From an uncultured Alphaproteobacteria bacterium (lineage in GTDB: Bacteria > Pseudomonadota > Alphaproteobacteria > JALCBB01): 64,000 nucleotides of DNA. Positions 1 to 8,330 of this stretch are shown in pieces. The position numbers were made by a program, and so were the translations under genes. The stretch's first letter is position 1. Each line of letters starts with the position of its first letter. The notes beneath the pieces are model-generated. The model ran no database searches. It was not told the DNA's origin and was given only the letters and a program-made list of their open reading frames with translations. The stretch covers positions 41,726 to 105,725 of the forward strand of contig OY279575.1 of assembly GCA_958267355.1 (NCBI GenBank). The letters run 5' to 3'.

Positions 1-1502
1 GCCGCCCTTAACTGCAGAACCTCCGCCCGCTTACGCCGCAACTCACTCAGAATTACATAAGAAGAAGCAAAAAACCCACCCAAGAGAAGATAAGCAAGAA
101 AAACCGTTGAAGCTGGCATATGCTTTTCCCCAGTAATTGAAGGATGCGCAACCCATCCAATGATTGCCGCGATTACGATAAAGCCAAACAGCAAAAAAGC
201 TTGAGCCCTTGCAGTATAAAACCTTAACTCTTTTTCCTTTCCCCTTTCGCTTGATGTACTCTGCTTCCAAAGTTGCCACCACTTTTCCATTTCACCTTCT
301 GCACTCTCCTTACCCTCCAGAAGCTCTTTAATCAATTCTTCCTGAGCTTCATATTCATCAAAAACTTTTGTTTGATTCTCTGCATCTTTCAACTGACCTT
401 CTAGTATGCTCTTCAGTTTAGTTTCCTGCTCCTCCAGTTTCTTTTTGAATTCTTCTTCGAATTTAGAAATGGATTTTTGATTTTCTTCTTGCACTTTTTC
501 TAGTGCACGACGAGAGTCCCCCGCTTGTGCGTCAAGTTGTTTCTTTACTTCTTCTCTAAGGAGTAATTCTTGTTTCTCCTGTTGCGTTTTTTCCTGCAAT
601 TCTGTTTGCTCTTTAATATCCCCAAGTTGAATTCGTAATTCGCTTCTGAAAGCTTCGGCAAATATTTGAATTTCTCTCTGGGCTATTGCTATTGCACGGC
701 CTTGATAGGCTGGAATATATTTATCATCTAGCTCAATTGCTTTGTTAAAATGAAAGATAGCGTTGCTGTGCTCACCTTTATTGTTGTAAGCCTCTCCTTG
801 ATGAGAGTAATATTTCGCCACTTTGGGACTTTTACGAATTGCTTCATCAAAATTTTCAATGGCGTCGTTGTATTCTTCTTCTTCGCTGTATACCAGTCCC
901 CGATAAAAATAATAATCTGCATTTACGGAGCTTAATGAAATTGCTGCGTCAAAATCTTTAATGGCGAGATGATACTTACCGTTATCATAATGCACTTTCC
1001 CTCGATCGAAATAATAATCCGCCTTTTCGCTGGCTATAAAGATCGCTTCACTTAAATCGTCAATTGCCCGTGTGTAATTTCCTTTTTTTGAGTATGCAAG
1101 TCCTCTTGCGGAATAGTAATTTGCATTCTTTGGGTGTTCCACAATTACCCTGTCATAATCTTTAATGGCTCGGTCGTACTCGCCTTCATTTACATATGCG
1201 AGAGCGCGGCGATAGTAGAGTTCGATGCTTTCAGGATATAGTTCGATCGCTTTATTGTAGTCTGTAATCGCAAATACATAATTTCCATTTTTGTTATATA
1301 TTGCTGCTCGCAAATTAAGGATATCAGCTCTAAGCCTCTTCGGACGTCGACTCTCAACAATGCTTATGTCCCCTTCATCTAAGATGTCTAGACACTTATT
1401 GAGAAGTGCAAAAGCACGTTCTCTCTCTCCGAAGATCTCCAAGAGATCTGATGCTCTTTGAAGGAGAACCCTCACCCGATTAATATATGAATCATCAGCC
1501 AT
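1..1502 (-). CDS. TPR-repeat / coiled-coil / membrane-anchored protein; C-terminus runs off the window (paralog of 1520..3025)
   Basis: Missing from the ORF track because it has no stop in the window. My translation from ATG at 1502 (MADDSYINRVRVLLQRASDLLEIFGERERAF...) stays open down to nt 1. It shows 34-aa units (AIxDYxKAIEL....YY.RG), then an E/K-rich coiled coil, then a hydrophobic segment (FLLFGFIVIAAIIGWV). Confidence 0.75.
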   Translation of the reverse strand, partial: MADDSYINRVRVLLQRASDLLEIFGERERAFALLNKCLDILDEGDISIVESRRPKRLRADILNLRAAIYNKNGNYVFAITDYNKAIELYPESIELYYRRALAYVNEGEYDRAIKDYDRVIVEHPKNANYYSARGLAYSKKGNYTRAIDDLSEAIFIASEKADYYFDRGKVHYDNGKYHLAIKDFDAAISLSSVNADYYFYRGLVYSEEEEYNDAIENFDEAIRKSPKVAKYYSHQGEAYNNKGEHSNAIFHFNKAIELDDKYIPAYQGRAIAIAQREIQIFAEAFRSELRIQLGDIKEQTELQEKTQQEKQELLLREEVKKQLDAQAGDSRRALEKVQEENQKSISKFEEEFKKKLEEQETKLKSILEGQLKDAENQTKVFDEYEAQEELIKELLEGKESAEGEMEKWWQLWKQSTSSERGKEKELRFYTARAQAFLLFGFIVIAAIIGWVAHPSITGEKHMPASTVFLAYLLLGGFFASSYVILSELRRKRAEVLQLRA

Positions 1503-1519
1503 GGCTATATCTTACACTC

Positions 1520-3025
1520 CTAACTAGGATTATTTCCTGTTACTTCTGCCGCGGCTTCTTTAGCCGCCGCGCTTGCAGCTTTTTCAATGATTTCATCAAT
1601 TCCTTCTTGGGTGTGGGATTCGCCTTCTTCATTTTTATCTTTGTTTTTACTTTTTTTAGAGTGGCGCGATTCCCTTATGCGCCAATCCAAGATGAATTCT
1701 GCAGGACTCTTCTCAGAGGCATGCATCATGAATTGTCGAGTCACTTTATACCTTTTTTCCTGATCATTAGGGAAAAAGAGCGGATATTGCGCCAATGTAC
1801 CTTTCCGAAAAGCGTCATGCTCTGCCGCGATATAATGCATCAGCTCTTTGCGTCTTCTGCGTATCTCACTCAGAACTAGGTAGAGAGAAGTAACAAAACC
1901 TACAAACAGAAAGTAGGCAGGGAGAATCTTTGCTGGTATAGAAATTTCCAGCGAATAGGTTGAGAAAACAGTGAAATAAGCAATATAGATAAATCCGATT
2001 AAGACTACGCCTTGGGTTAGGTAGGTTAATCTAGTTAAAATCTCTTCTTTTCTCTGTATAATTTCTCTCAACTCTTTTGCGCGTCCTTGATATTCTTTCG
2101 TAATCCTATCTTGATTAGCTATACTTTCCAGTTGGGTTGCCAACTGTTTTTCCATCTCTACTCTATATATTTCGGCAGACTTCTCGCCTTCTCTTTTTGC
2201 TATTGCCAATGCACGGTTGTGGTAGGCTTGAGTAAATGTTTTGTCTAACTCAATCGCCTTATCATAATCTTCTACAGCACGACCAAAATCGCCTTTATCA
2301 CCATATGCAGTGCCCCTATTATAGTAATAGCTCGGTTCTTTAGGATTTAATTCAATTGCTTTGTCATATTCTTTTATAGAAAGATCTTTTTTACCCATAT
2401 CATCGTATGCAGTGCCTCGATTGAAATAGTATCTTGGATCATTAGGATTTAATTCAATTGCTTTGTTATAGTCGTCAATAGCACGTTCATGTTCTCCTTT
2501 ATCGCCATAAACATTTCCACGATTGGAATAAAAATCAGGCTTTTGGGGATTTAGCTCAATCGCCTTATCATAATCTTTAATAGCGAGATCATATTCCCCT
2601 TTATTGCGATATGCAATTCCTCGATTAAAATAAAGGTTTTCTTCTTCAGGAGATAATTTACTTGCTGTGCTAAAGCTTTCAATAGCGAGGTCATGTTCGT
2701 TTATTGAGTTAAATGCACCCCCCAAATTTGAATGAAATTCCGCTTCATTAGGATTTATTGAAATTGCTTTACTAAAATCTTGCGTAGCAAATTTGTATTC
2801 ATGTTGTTCGTAAAACGCCAAGCCTCGACCATTATAAGCTGCAGCTCTAAGACTTTTAGCTTCTTCAAGCACAGTTTTTTGCAGATCATCCAAGCACTTG
2901 CTGAAAAGTGCGATTGCATTATCGTACCTTTCAGCTTTCAGCTCGTTATACCCAGCTTTCAAGTCTCTTTCAGCAAAAAGAACAACTGGGTTCACAGGAG
3001 TGGAATCTTTATCGTCATCAGCCAT
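1520..3025 (-). CDS. TPR-repeat / coiled-coil / 2-TM membrane protein
   Basis: 501-aa ORF with about 8 consensus-like TPR units (AIKDYDKAIELNPQKPDFYSNRGNVYGDKGEHER...), a coiled coil and two hydrophobic helices. N-terminus is MADD, as in the downstream paralog. AT-rich. Confidence 0.85.
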   Translation of the reverse strand: MADDDKDSTPVNPVVLFAERDLKAGYNELKAERYDNAIALFSKCLDDLQKTVLEEAKSLRAAAYNGRGLAFYEQHEYKFATQDFSKAISINPNEAEFHSNLGGAFNSINEHDLAIESFSTASKLSPEEENLYFNRGIAYRNKGEYDLAIKDYDKAIELNPQKPDFYSNRGNVYGDKGEHERAIDDYNKAIELNPNDPRYYFNRGTAYDDMGKKDLSIKEYDKAIELNPKEPSYYYNRGTAYGDKGDFGRAVEDYDKAIELDKTFTQAYHNRALAIAKREGEKSAEIYRVEMEKQLATQLESIANQDRITKEYQGRAKELREIIQRKEEILTRLTYLTQGVVLIGFIYIAYFTVFSTYSLEISIPAKILPAYFLFVGFVTSLYLVLSEIRRRRKELMHYIAAEHDAFRKGTLAQYPLFFPNDQEKRYKVTRQFMMHASEKSPAEFILDWRIRESRHSKKSKNKDKNEEGESHTQEGIDEIIEKAASAAAKEAAAEVTGNNPS

Positions 3026-3130
3026 GCTGGAATTCTACCGATTCAAAAGTGAAAAATCCATAAAGAATTTAGACAAAAAGCGGAGTTTTCCACAGGGGAG
3101 GGGTGGTTAAGCAACTTGAAGGGGAGGGGT

Positions 3131-3222
3131 TAATTAAACTCCTCGGGGAAGTGGCGGTATAAGGAAAGTACGGGGTTGGCGGTGGCTTGGCCGAGGCCGC
3201 AGATTGAAGCGTAAGTCATCGC
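3131..3222 (-). pseudogene. Detached duplicate of the 3' end of the NuoE/F-like gene (last ~30 codons plus stop)
   Basis: Reverse strand translates AMTYASICGLGQATANPVLSLYRHFPEEFN*. The intact gene end at 4817..4908 reads VMADASICGLGQAAANPVLSLYRHFPEEFS*. By hand count about 81% of ~90 nt are identical, and the differences are mostly synonymous. Confidence 0.7.
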
Positions 3223-3225
3223 TAC

Positions 3226-3906
3226 CTACTCCTTAAAGCCTTTGGATATTTTCTGGTTAAACGCAAGGGGATTATACCAGTAGCAGCCGATGCAGGTGTT
3301 TGTGTATTTGCGTCCGCCTTCGGTTTGTGAGACGGGATAGCCAAGGCGTGTAGCGTCAAAGCGCAAGCCTGTGGCTTTGCACTCTTTGCAGTATTGCCGC
3401 TTGGCGTCGTTTGCCGCTTTAGAAAGCGGTTGAAAGTCGGCTTCGCTCAGTTGGCTAGGGTCGGAGAAACGCGGGTCGTCGTGCCAGCGTCCGTTTTTGT
3501 GGTCGCACTCGGGTTTGCTGGTGCCTAGAACGACACAACGCCGCTCGCGAATGGCTTTGCCTATATGCGCAGGAATTCCCACCAAGGGATTTTCACGAAA
3601 TCCTTCTAACTTTACTGCGGCAATTCTGTTGTTTTCTTTTATGCGTTTTATTTTGTAGTAGCGTCCTAGCGAGCCGCCATCGGTGCGCGACCAAGAGCCG
3701 CCGTTGCCGAACCCTCTTTCCAACTTTGCGTATGCGCCGACAAACTCGGAGCGACTCACTACGCGACTGACTCCGTTTTTGTCGGGTTTTGCCAGTTTTA
3801 CGAAAAGGTAAGCGTAGCTACCTTCTTTAAAGCTCGGAGTCGCACCCTTACCGCCCTTTGCTAAGGCCTTTGTGCTTTTTCTCAAAGAGGGAGGTGTCTT
3901 TGACAT
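3226..3906 (-). CDS. Putative HNH / beta-beta-alpha-Me zinc-containing type II restriction endonuclease
   Basis: 226-aa ORF overlapping the 3' end of the methyltransferase gene. Contains an ECDHKNGRWHD motif plus CKEC and CIGC cysteine pairs. Family not identified. Confidence 0.5.
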   Translation of the reverse strand: MSKTPPSLRKSTKALAKGGKGATPSFKEGSYAYLFVKLAKPDKNGVSRVVSRSEFVGAYAKLERGFGNGGSWSRTDGGSLGRYYKIKRIKENNRIAAVKLEGFRENPLVGIPAHIGKAIRERRCVVLGTSKPECDHKNGRWHDDPRFSDPSQLSEADFQPLSKAANDAKRQYCKECKATGLRFDATRLGYPVSQTEGGRKYTNTCIGCYWYNPLAFNQKISKGFKE

Positions 3907-4717
3907 CGTTAACGCGTTGGCGTGAGGCTTCTACATATTTGGGGTCTATATCGCATCCTGCGAAGTTGCGGTTTAAGGCGATGGCGGCTTCGGCGGTGGT
4001 GCCGCTGCCAAGAAACGGATCAATAACTAGGTCTCCCGCGTGGCTATGGACTTCAACCAAAGCGCGAAACAGGTCTATCGGCTTCTGCGTCGGATGAACC
4101 CGCTTGCCATTATGGCGTGGTATCGGGTGTTCGTAGATGCCGCTGTTATATTTGCTGTTGAAAACGGGCTTGCCGCCTTTGACTCCGCTGACCGCGATTT
4201 CGCGGCTGTTAGAGAGATAGGTTGCACTCTGGTTGAGCGGCACGGGGTTGGTTTTTTGCCAGATAATCAGGCGGATCATCTTGAATCCTGCTTCTGCCAT
4301 AGCGTTGCGCAGGTCTGAGAGTTTCCACAGGTCGTACCAGATGATGGCAGTGCCGCCGTGGCGCAATACGCGGTACGATTCGTCGCATAAGGCGGCAAGG
4401 TCAATGGGTTTTGCGTCCCACGGGCCGAAATCCATGGAGACGGCGAATCGCTCCACGCTATTCTTGCCGATGTTTTTAAAGCCCGTCTCGCGGCTGATGG
4501 CGTAGGGTGGGTCAGTCAGCACAAGGTCAGTGCTTCCCTCGTCAAGCCCGCGCAAAAACTTTCTAAAGTCAGACTTACAGATACGCGGCTTGGCAATCTG
4601 CGGTCTAGAAATGCCATTGGTGCGCACTTGCCCTTGTATCTGGGCGCGTTGCTCTCTGACTTGCGCCTTGCCTTGTTTGTGGGCGGGCTTTTTAGAAGTG
4701 CGGACAGCTAACGACAC
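3848..4717 (-). CDS. N6-adenine/N4-cytosine DNA methyltransferase (beta class, DPPY)
   Basis: Motif IV LVLTDPPYA lies upstream of motif I VIDPFLGSGTTAEAA, the typical N6_N4 methylase order. Confidence 0.85.
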   Translation of the reverse strand: MSLAVRTSKKPAHKQGKAQVREQRAQIQGQVRTNGISRPQIAKPRICKSDFRKFLRGLDEGSTDLVLTDPPYAISRETGFKNIGKNSVERFAVSMDFGPWDAKPIDLAALCDESYRVLRHGGTAIIWYDLWKLSDLRNAMAEAGFKMIRLIIWQKTNPVPLNQSATYLSNSREIAVSGVKGGKPVFNSKYNSGIYEHPIPRHNGKRVHPTQKPIDLFRALVEVHSHAGDLVIDPFLGSGTTAEAAIALNRNFAGCDIDPKYVEASRQRVNDVKDTSLFEKKHKGLSKGR

Positions 4718-4816
4718 GAATCATTCTCCCTTCGTTCTGGCTGACCATACCACATTTTATTTTGATTCGGCTTATATAAACTTCTTAGGCAAAAATTTTT
4801 AAGCAAACTTTTCGGA

Positions 4817-6619
4817 TTAGGAAAATTCCTCAGGGAAGTGCCTATACAAAGACAGGACAGGGTTGGCGGCGGCTTGGCCGAGGCCGCAGATTGAAGCGTC
4901 TGCCATTACGGTGGCTAAGTCTTCTAGCAACTCTTTGTTCCAATCGCTTTGCAGTAGCAACTGTGAAATCTTTTCCGTGCCGTTGCGACACGGAGTGCAT
5001 TGTCCGCACGACTCGTCTTCAAAGAAGCGCATCAAGTTGCGCACTGCGGCGCGTAGATCATCTTGGTCTGACAGCACTACGACGGCACCAGAGCCGATGA
5101 AACAGCCGTGGGGTTGCAGGGTGTCAAAGTCTAGGGGTAGGTCAGCCAGGGAGGCGGGTAGAATGCCGCCTGAAGCTCCGCCGGGCAGGTAGCCGCGTAG
5201 TTTGTGTCCTGTTGCCATTCCGCCGCAGAATTCGTCTATCAGCTCGGTTAGGCTGATGCCAGCGGGAGCGCGTTTGACGCCGGGTTCGGCGACTCGTCCT
5301 GACACTGAGAAAAGGCGCAAGCCTGTGCGTTCGCGCCGTCCGTGGGAGGCAAACCAGCCGTCGGGCTGCTCTAAAATCTCAGGAAGCCACCACAGCGTTT
5401 CAACATTGTGGTTTAGAGTCGGCTTGCCCCACAGGCCGACTTCGGCGATAAATGGCGGACGGTGGCGGGGCAATCCGCGTTTGCCTTCAATGGACTCCAG
5501 CATGGCTGACTCTTCGCCGCAGATGTATGCGCCTGCTCCGCGTCTTACGACGAGCGGACAGTGTTTGTCTAATCCTGCTTTGCGTATTTCTGCCAGCTCA
5601 CGCGCCAGCAGGCTATGCAGCTCAGGATATTCATCGCGCAAATAGATATAGCCTGACTCACATCCTACTGCCCAAGCTGCAATCAACGCGCCTTCCAACA
5701 TACGGTGCGGAGTCTCGCTCAAGCAGTAGCGATCTTTAAAAGTGCCTGGCTCGCCTTCGTCGGCGTTAATCGTCAAGAGTGGAGGCAAGCCGTGTTTGTT
5801 TGCCGCATCGCGCACGGCTTGCCATTTGCGTCCTGCTGGAAAGCCTGCTCCGCCCAGTCCGCGCAAACCCGAGTCGGACAAACGCGCAATCATCGCTTCG
5901 GCTGTGTGCTTGCCTTGCAAACAAGCCCGTAGCAAGTTATATCCGCCTGCGGACTCGTAGGCGGCGAAGTCTTGTGCTTCTGCAGGAGCCGCTACATGAT
6001 GCACTCCGTGCACACCATTGCTGTGCTGTGCATCGCGGCTATTGCTGTGATTTGCGCTACCGCTATTGTTATTCCGTGCCAACGCGCTTGCTTTCTGCAG
6101 GACTTCTTCTGCTTTCCCTGCGGGGCAATTCTCGTGTCCGTAGGCAACAACAGGAGCGTCAGCACACCGCCCCATACAAGGCGCACGAACCACGCGCACA
6201 GTTTCGGGTGCATCGCGCTGTAAAGTTTCTAGCAGCGCGGCACTACCATTCATCTCGCAAGTCAGCGAGTCGCAGACCCGCAGAGTTAAAGCAGGAGCCG
6301 ACTCTCCGTCTTCTACGATTTCAAAGTGGGCGTAGAAGGATGCAACTTCGTATACCTCCGCCATGGGGATACGCAACAACTCGGCGAGCGCGACCAAGTG
6401 GCGGTTTTCGAGTTGTCCGTGTGCGTCTTGTATGCGGTGCAGGTATTCAATCAGCAGTGCGCGTTCGGGTGCTGTGTTTCCGAGCAGAGTCTGTATTTCT
6501 TGGCGGGCTTGCGGCTCGGTGTTGCGTCCGCGTGGAGCATGCAGGGCTTTGCGCCGTCCCGCCCCAGGGTGGATACGACGCGCCGTAGATGAACTGGCTT
6601 GGCTCACGGAAATCTCCAA
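4817..6619 (-). CDS. NAD-linked oxidoreductase, fused NuoE-like (2Fe-2S) and NuoF-like (FMN/NAD/4Fe-4S) domains; formate dehydrogenase beta / HoxF-like
   Basis: NuoE-like VASFYAHF..CDSLTC..CMGRC; NuoF-like GLRGLGGAGFPAGRKW and ESCGQCTPCRNG. A low-complexity insert (NNNSGSANHSNSRDAQHSNGVHGVHH) separates the domains. Confidence 0.8.
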   Translation of the reverse strand: MEISVSQASSSTARRIHPGAGRRKALHAPRGRNTEPQARQEIQTLLGNTAPERALLIEYLHRIQDAHGQLENRHLVALAELLRIPMAEVYEVASFYAHFEIVEDGESAPALTLRVCDSLTCEMNGSAALLETLQRDAPETVRVVRAPCMGRCADAPVVAYGHENCPAGKAEEVLQKASALARNNNSGSANHSNSRDAQHSNGVHGVHHVAAPAEAQDFAAYESAGGYNLLRACLQGKHTAEAMIARLSDSGLRGLGGAGFPAGRKWQAVRDAANKHGLPPLLTINADEGEPGTFKDRYCLSETPHRMLEGALIAAWAVGCESGYIYLRDEYPELHSLLARELAEIRKAGLDKHCPLVVRRGAGAYICGEESAMLESIEGKRGLPRHRPPFIAEVGLWGKPTLNHNVETLWWLPEILEQPDGWFASHGRRERTGLRLFSVSGRVAEPGVKRAPAGISLTELIDEFCGGMATGHKLRGYLPGGASGGILPASLADLPLDFDTLQPHGCFIGSGAVVVLSDQDDLRAAVRNLMRFFEDESCGQCTPCRNGTEKISQLLLQSDWNKELLEDLATVMADASICGLGQAAANPVLSLYRHFPEEFS

Positions 6620-6819
6620 ATCAAGGTGGCAGGCGAAGCAATAATTTGCCCCACTATAGCCCTTTTTTGCGGGGTTTTTATGTCTGCTTGTGTGGGCTTT
6701 GTGGCAGATCTGGCTTGCTAATTGCTAGGCGAGCCGCAAGTTGTTTTGCTGTGCTTTCCTGCTTGACAGGATTTCATCTAATTGCTATTGATATTCATTC
6801 GCAATAAGGAAACGCTAAA

Positions 6820-6900
6820 CCAAGCCCACAACAAGCCCACGGCAAGCCCCTAGCCAAGCCCACAGCAAGCCCCTAGCCAAGCCCCCAATAGCCCCCACCA
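6820..6900. repeat. Degenerate short tandem repeat (caagccc / ctagcc units) in a divergent promoter region
   Basis: Sequence reads caagcccacaacaagcccacggcaagcccctagccaagcccacagcaagcccctagccaagccccc. Confidence 0.7.
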
Positions 6901-6913
6901 TAGGAGCCGACAA

Positions 6914-7960
6914 ATGACAGCCAAACCCTACAAAAGACTTTTCTACACGTGCCTACTGGCTTTGCCCTTGACTTTGTGGGGCTTACTTGCTCCCCATCAG
7001 GTGCAGGCGCAGGAAGTGTTAAACATCTACAGCGGCAGGCACTATCCTGCGGACAAGATCTTGTACGAGCGGTTTGAAGCCCAGACGGGTATAAAAATCC
7101 GCACCTTGGAAGGCAAGACTTCGGTGTTGTTGGAGCGTCTAAAGTTAGAGCGCGAGAATAGTCCTGCTGACCTGTTCATCACGGTGGATGCAGGCAACTT
7201 GTGGCGAGCGGCGGAAGCGGATTTGTTTCAGCCTGTGTCTTCATCTGTTTTGACGAGTCGCATTCCTGAGAAGTATCGCAACCCTGAAGGCTTGTGGTTC
7301 GGATTTGCGACTCGCAATCGTATTGTTTTTTACAATCCTGCGCGGGTTCGTGTGCCGCCGACTTCGTGGCAGGATTTAGCCGACTCGCGTTTCAAGGGTA
7401 AGATTTGTGTGCGTTCATCGTCTAACATTTACAACTTGTCGCTCTTGGCTTCGTTCGTGGAGCTATGGGGTGAAGCGAAAGCTACTGAATGGGCGCAAGC
7501 CATTCGCGACAATATGGCACGCGATCCATCGGGCGGAGATACCGATCAGATACGTGCTGTTGCGGCGGGGGTGTGCGATTTGTCTATAGGCAATCACTAC
7601 TACTATGCGCGTTTGTTGGCGTCTGACAAGCCTGAAGACAGGGCTGTGACTGAAGTGGTTAAGCCTTTGTGGCTTGGCGAAAGCGATATGGGAGTGCATG
7701 CCAACATTTCGGGAGCGGGTGTATTACGTTCGGCAAAAAACAAGCGGGCGGCAATTCGTTACTTGGAGTTTTTAGCTACGGAAGACTCGCAATTGGTGTT
7801 TAGTGAGGCGAACAATGAATATCCTGTGGTTTTGGGTGTTGCGGTGGCTCCTGTGTTGGAGCGACTTGGAGTGCATAAGACGAGCGAGATTAATGTTTCG
7901 GTCTATGGAGAAAATCAGCCTATTGCGCAACGGCTGTATGACTCTGTGGGCTGGCCGTGA
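6914..7960 (+). CDS. Fe(3+) ABC transporter periplasmic substrate-binding protein (FbpA/AfuA-like)
   Basis: Signal peptide ending QVQAQE, then VLNIYSGRHYPADK..FEAQTGIKI..DLFITVDAGNLWRA, typical of iron(III)-binding proteins. Confidence 0.8.
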   Translation: MTAKPYKRLFYTCLLALPLTLWGLLAPHQVQAQEVLNIYSGRHYPADKILYERFEAQTGIKIRTLEGKTSVLLERLKLERENSPADLFITVDAGNLWRAAEADLFQPVSSSVLTSRIPEKYRNPEGLWFGFATRNRIVFYNPARVRVPPTSWQDLADSRFKGKICVRSSSNIYNLSLLASFVELWGEAKATEWAQAIRDNMARDPSGGDTDQIRAVAAGVCDLSIGNHYYYARLLASDKPEDRAVTEVVKPLWLGESDMGVHANISGAGVLRSAKNKRAAIRYLEFLATEDSQLVFSEANNEYPVVLGVAVAPVLERLGVHKTSEINVSVYGENQPIAQRLYDSVGWP

Positions 7961-7976
7961 GCCACCTGCGCCTTCA

Positions 7977-8330
7977 AGGACAAGACTAAACCAAGCTTTC
8001 TAGGACAAGATTAAAGCAAACTTTCTAGAACAAGATTAAAGCAGCTTTTTTAAGGCAAGTTTAAGCCGAGTCTTCTGCGACAAGTTAGAACAAGTTTTAC
8101 AGGTTAAGTTAAGCACAAATTTTCTGAACAGGTTTATACAAAACTTTTAAGGATAAGATTAAGCCAACTTTTCCATCAAGGACATAATTAAAGCAGCTTT
8201 TCTAAGGCGGGTTTATCAAACAAAAAAACAATTACAGATGAAAAAATAATTGCTAGCAAAAAAATAATTGCCAGCAAAAAACACTTGCCGATAAAGATTC
8301 CATCAAGGACATAATTAAAGCAGCTTTTAC
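7977..8330. repeat. Degenerate ~27-nt tandem repeat tract ending in two copies of the half-site ccatcaaggacataattaaagcagctttt
   Basis: Successive units such as ggacaagattaaagcaaactttcta / gaacaagattaaagcagctttttta / ggataagattaagccaacttttcca. Half-sites at about 8174-8202 and 8302-8330. Internal direct repeat aaaaaataattgcYagca x2. Confidence 0.7.

Noticed and set aside
5779-6588. 269-aa + strand ORF, with many similar long ORFs (e.g. 8721..9284, 16933..17514, 26262..27077, 28962..29486, 60340..60987)
   Set aside because: They lie antisense or out of frame inside well-supported GC-rich genes. Their Arg/Ala/Pro-rich composition is typical of spurious frames in high-GC DNA.
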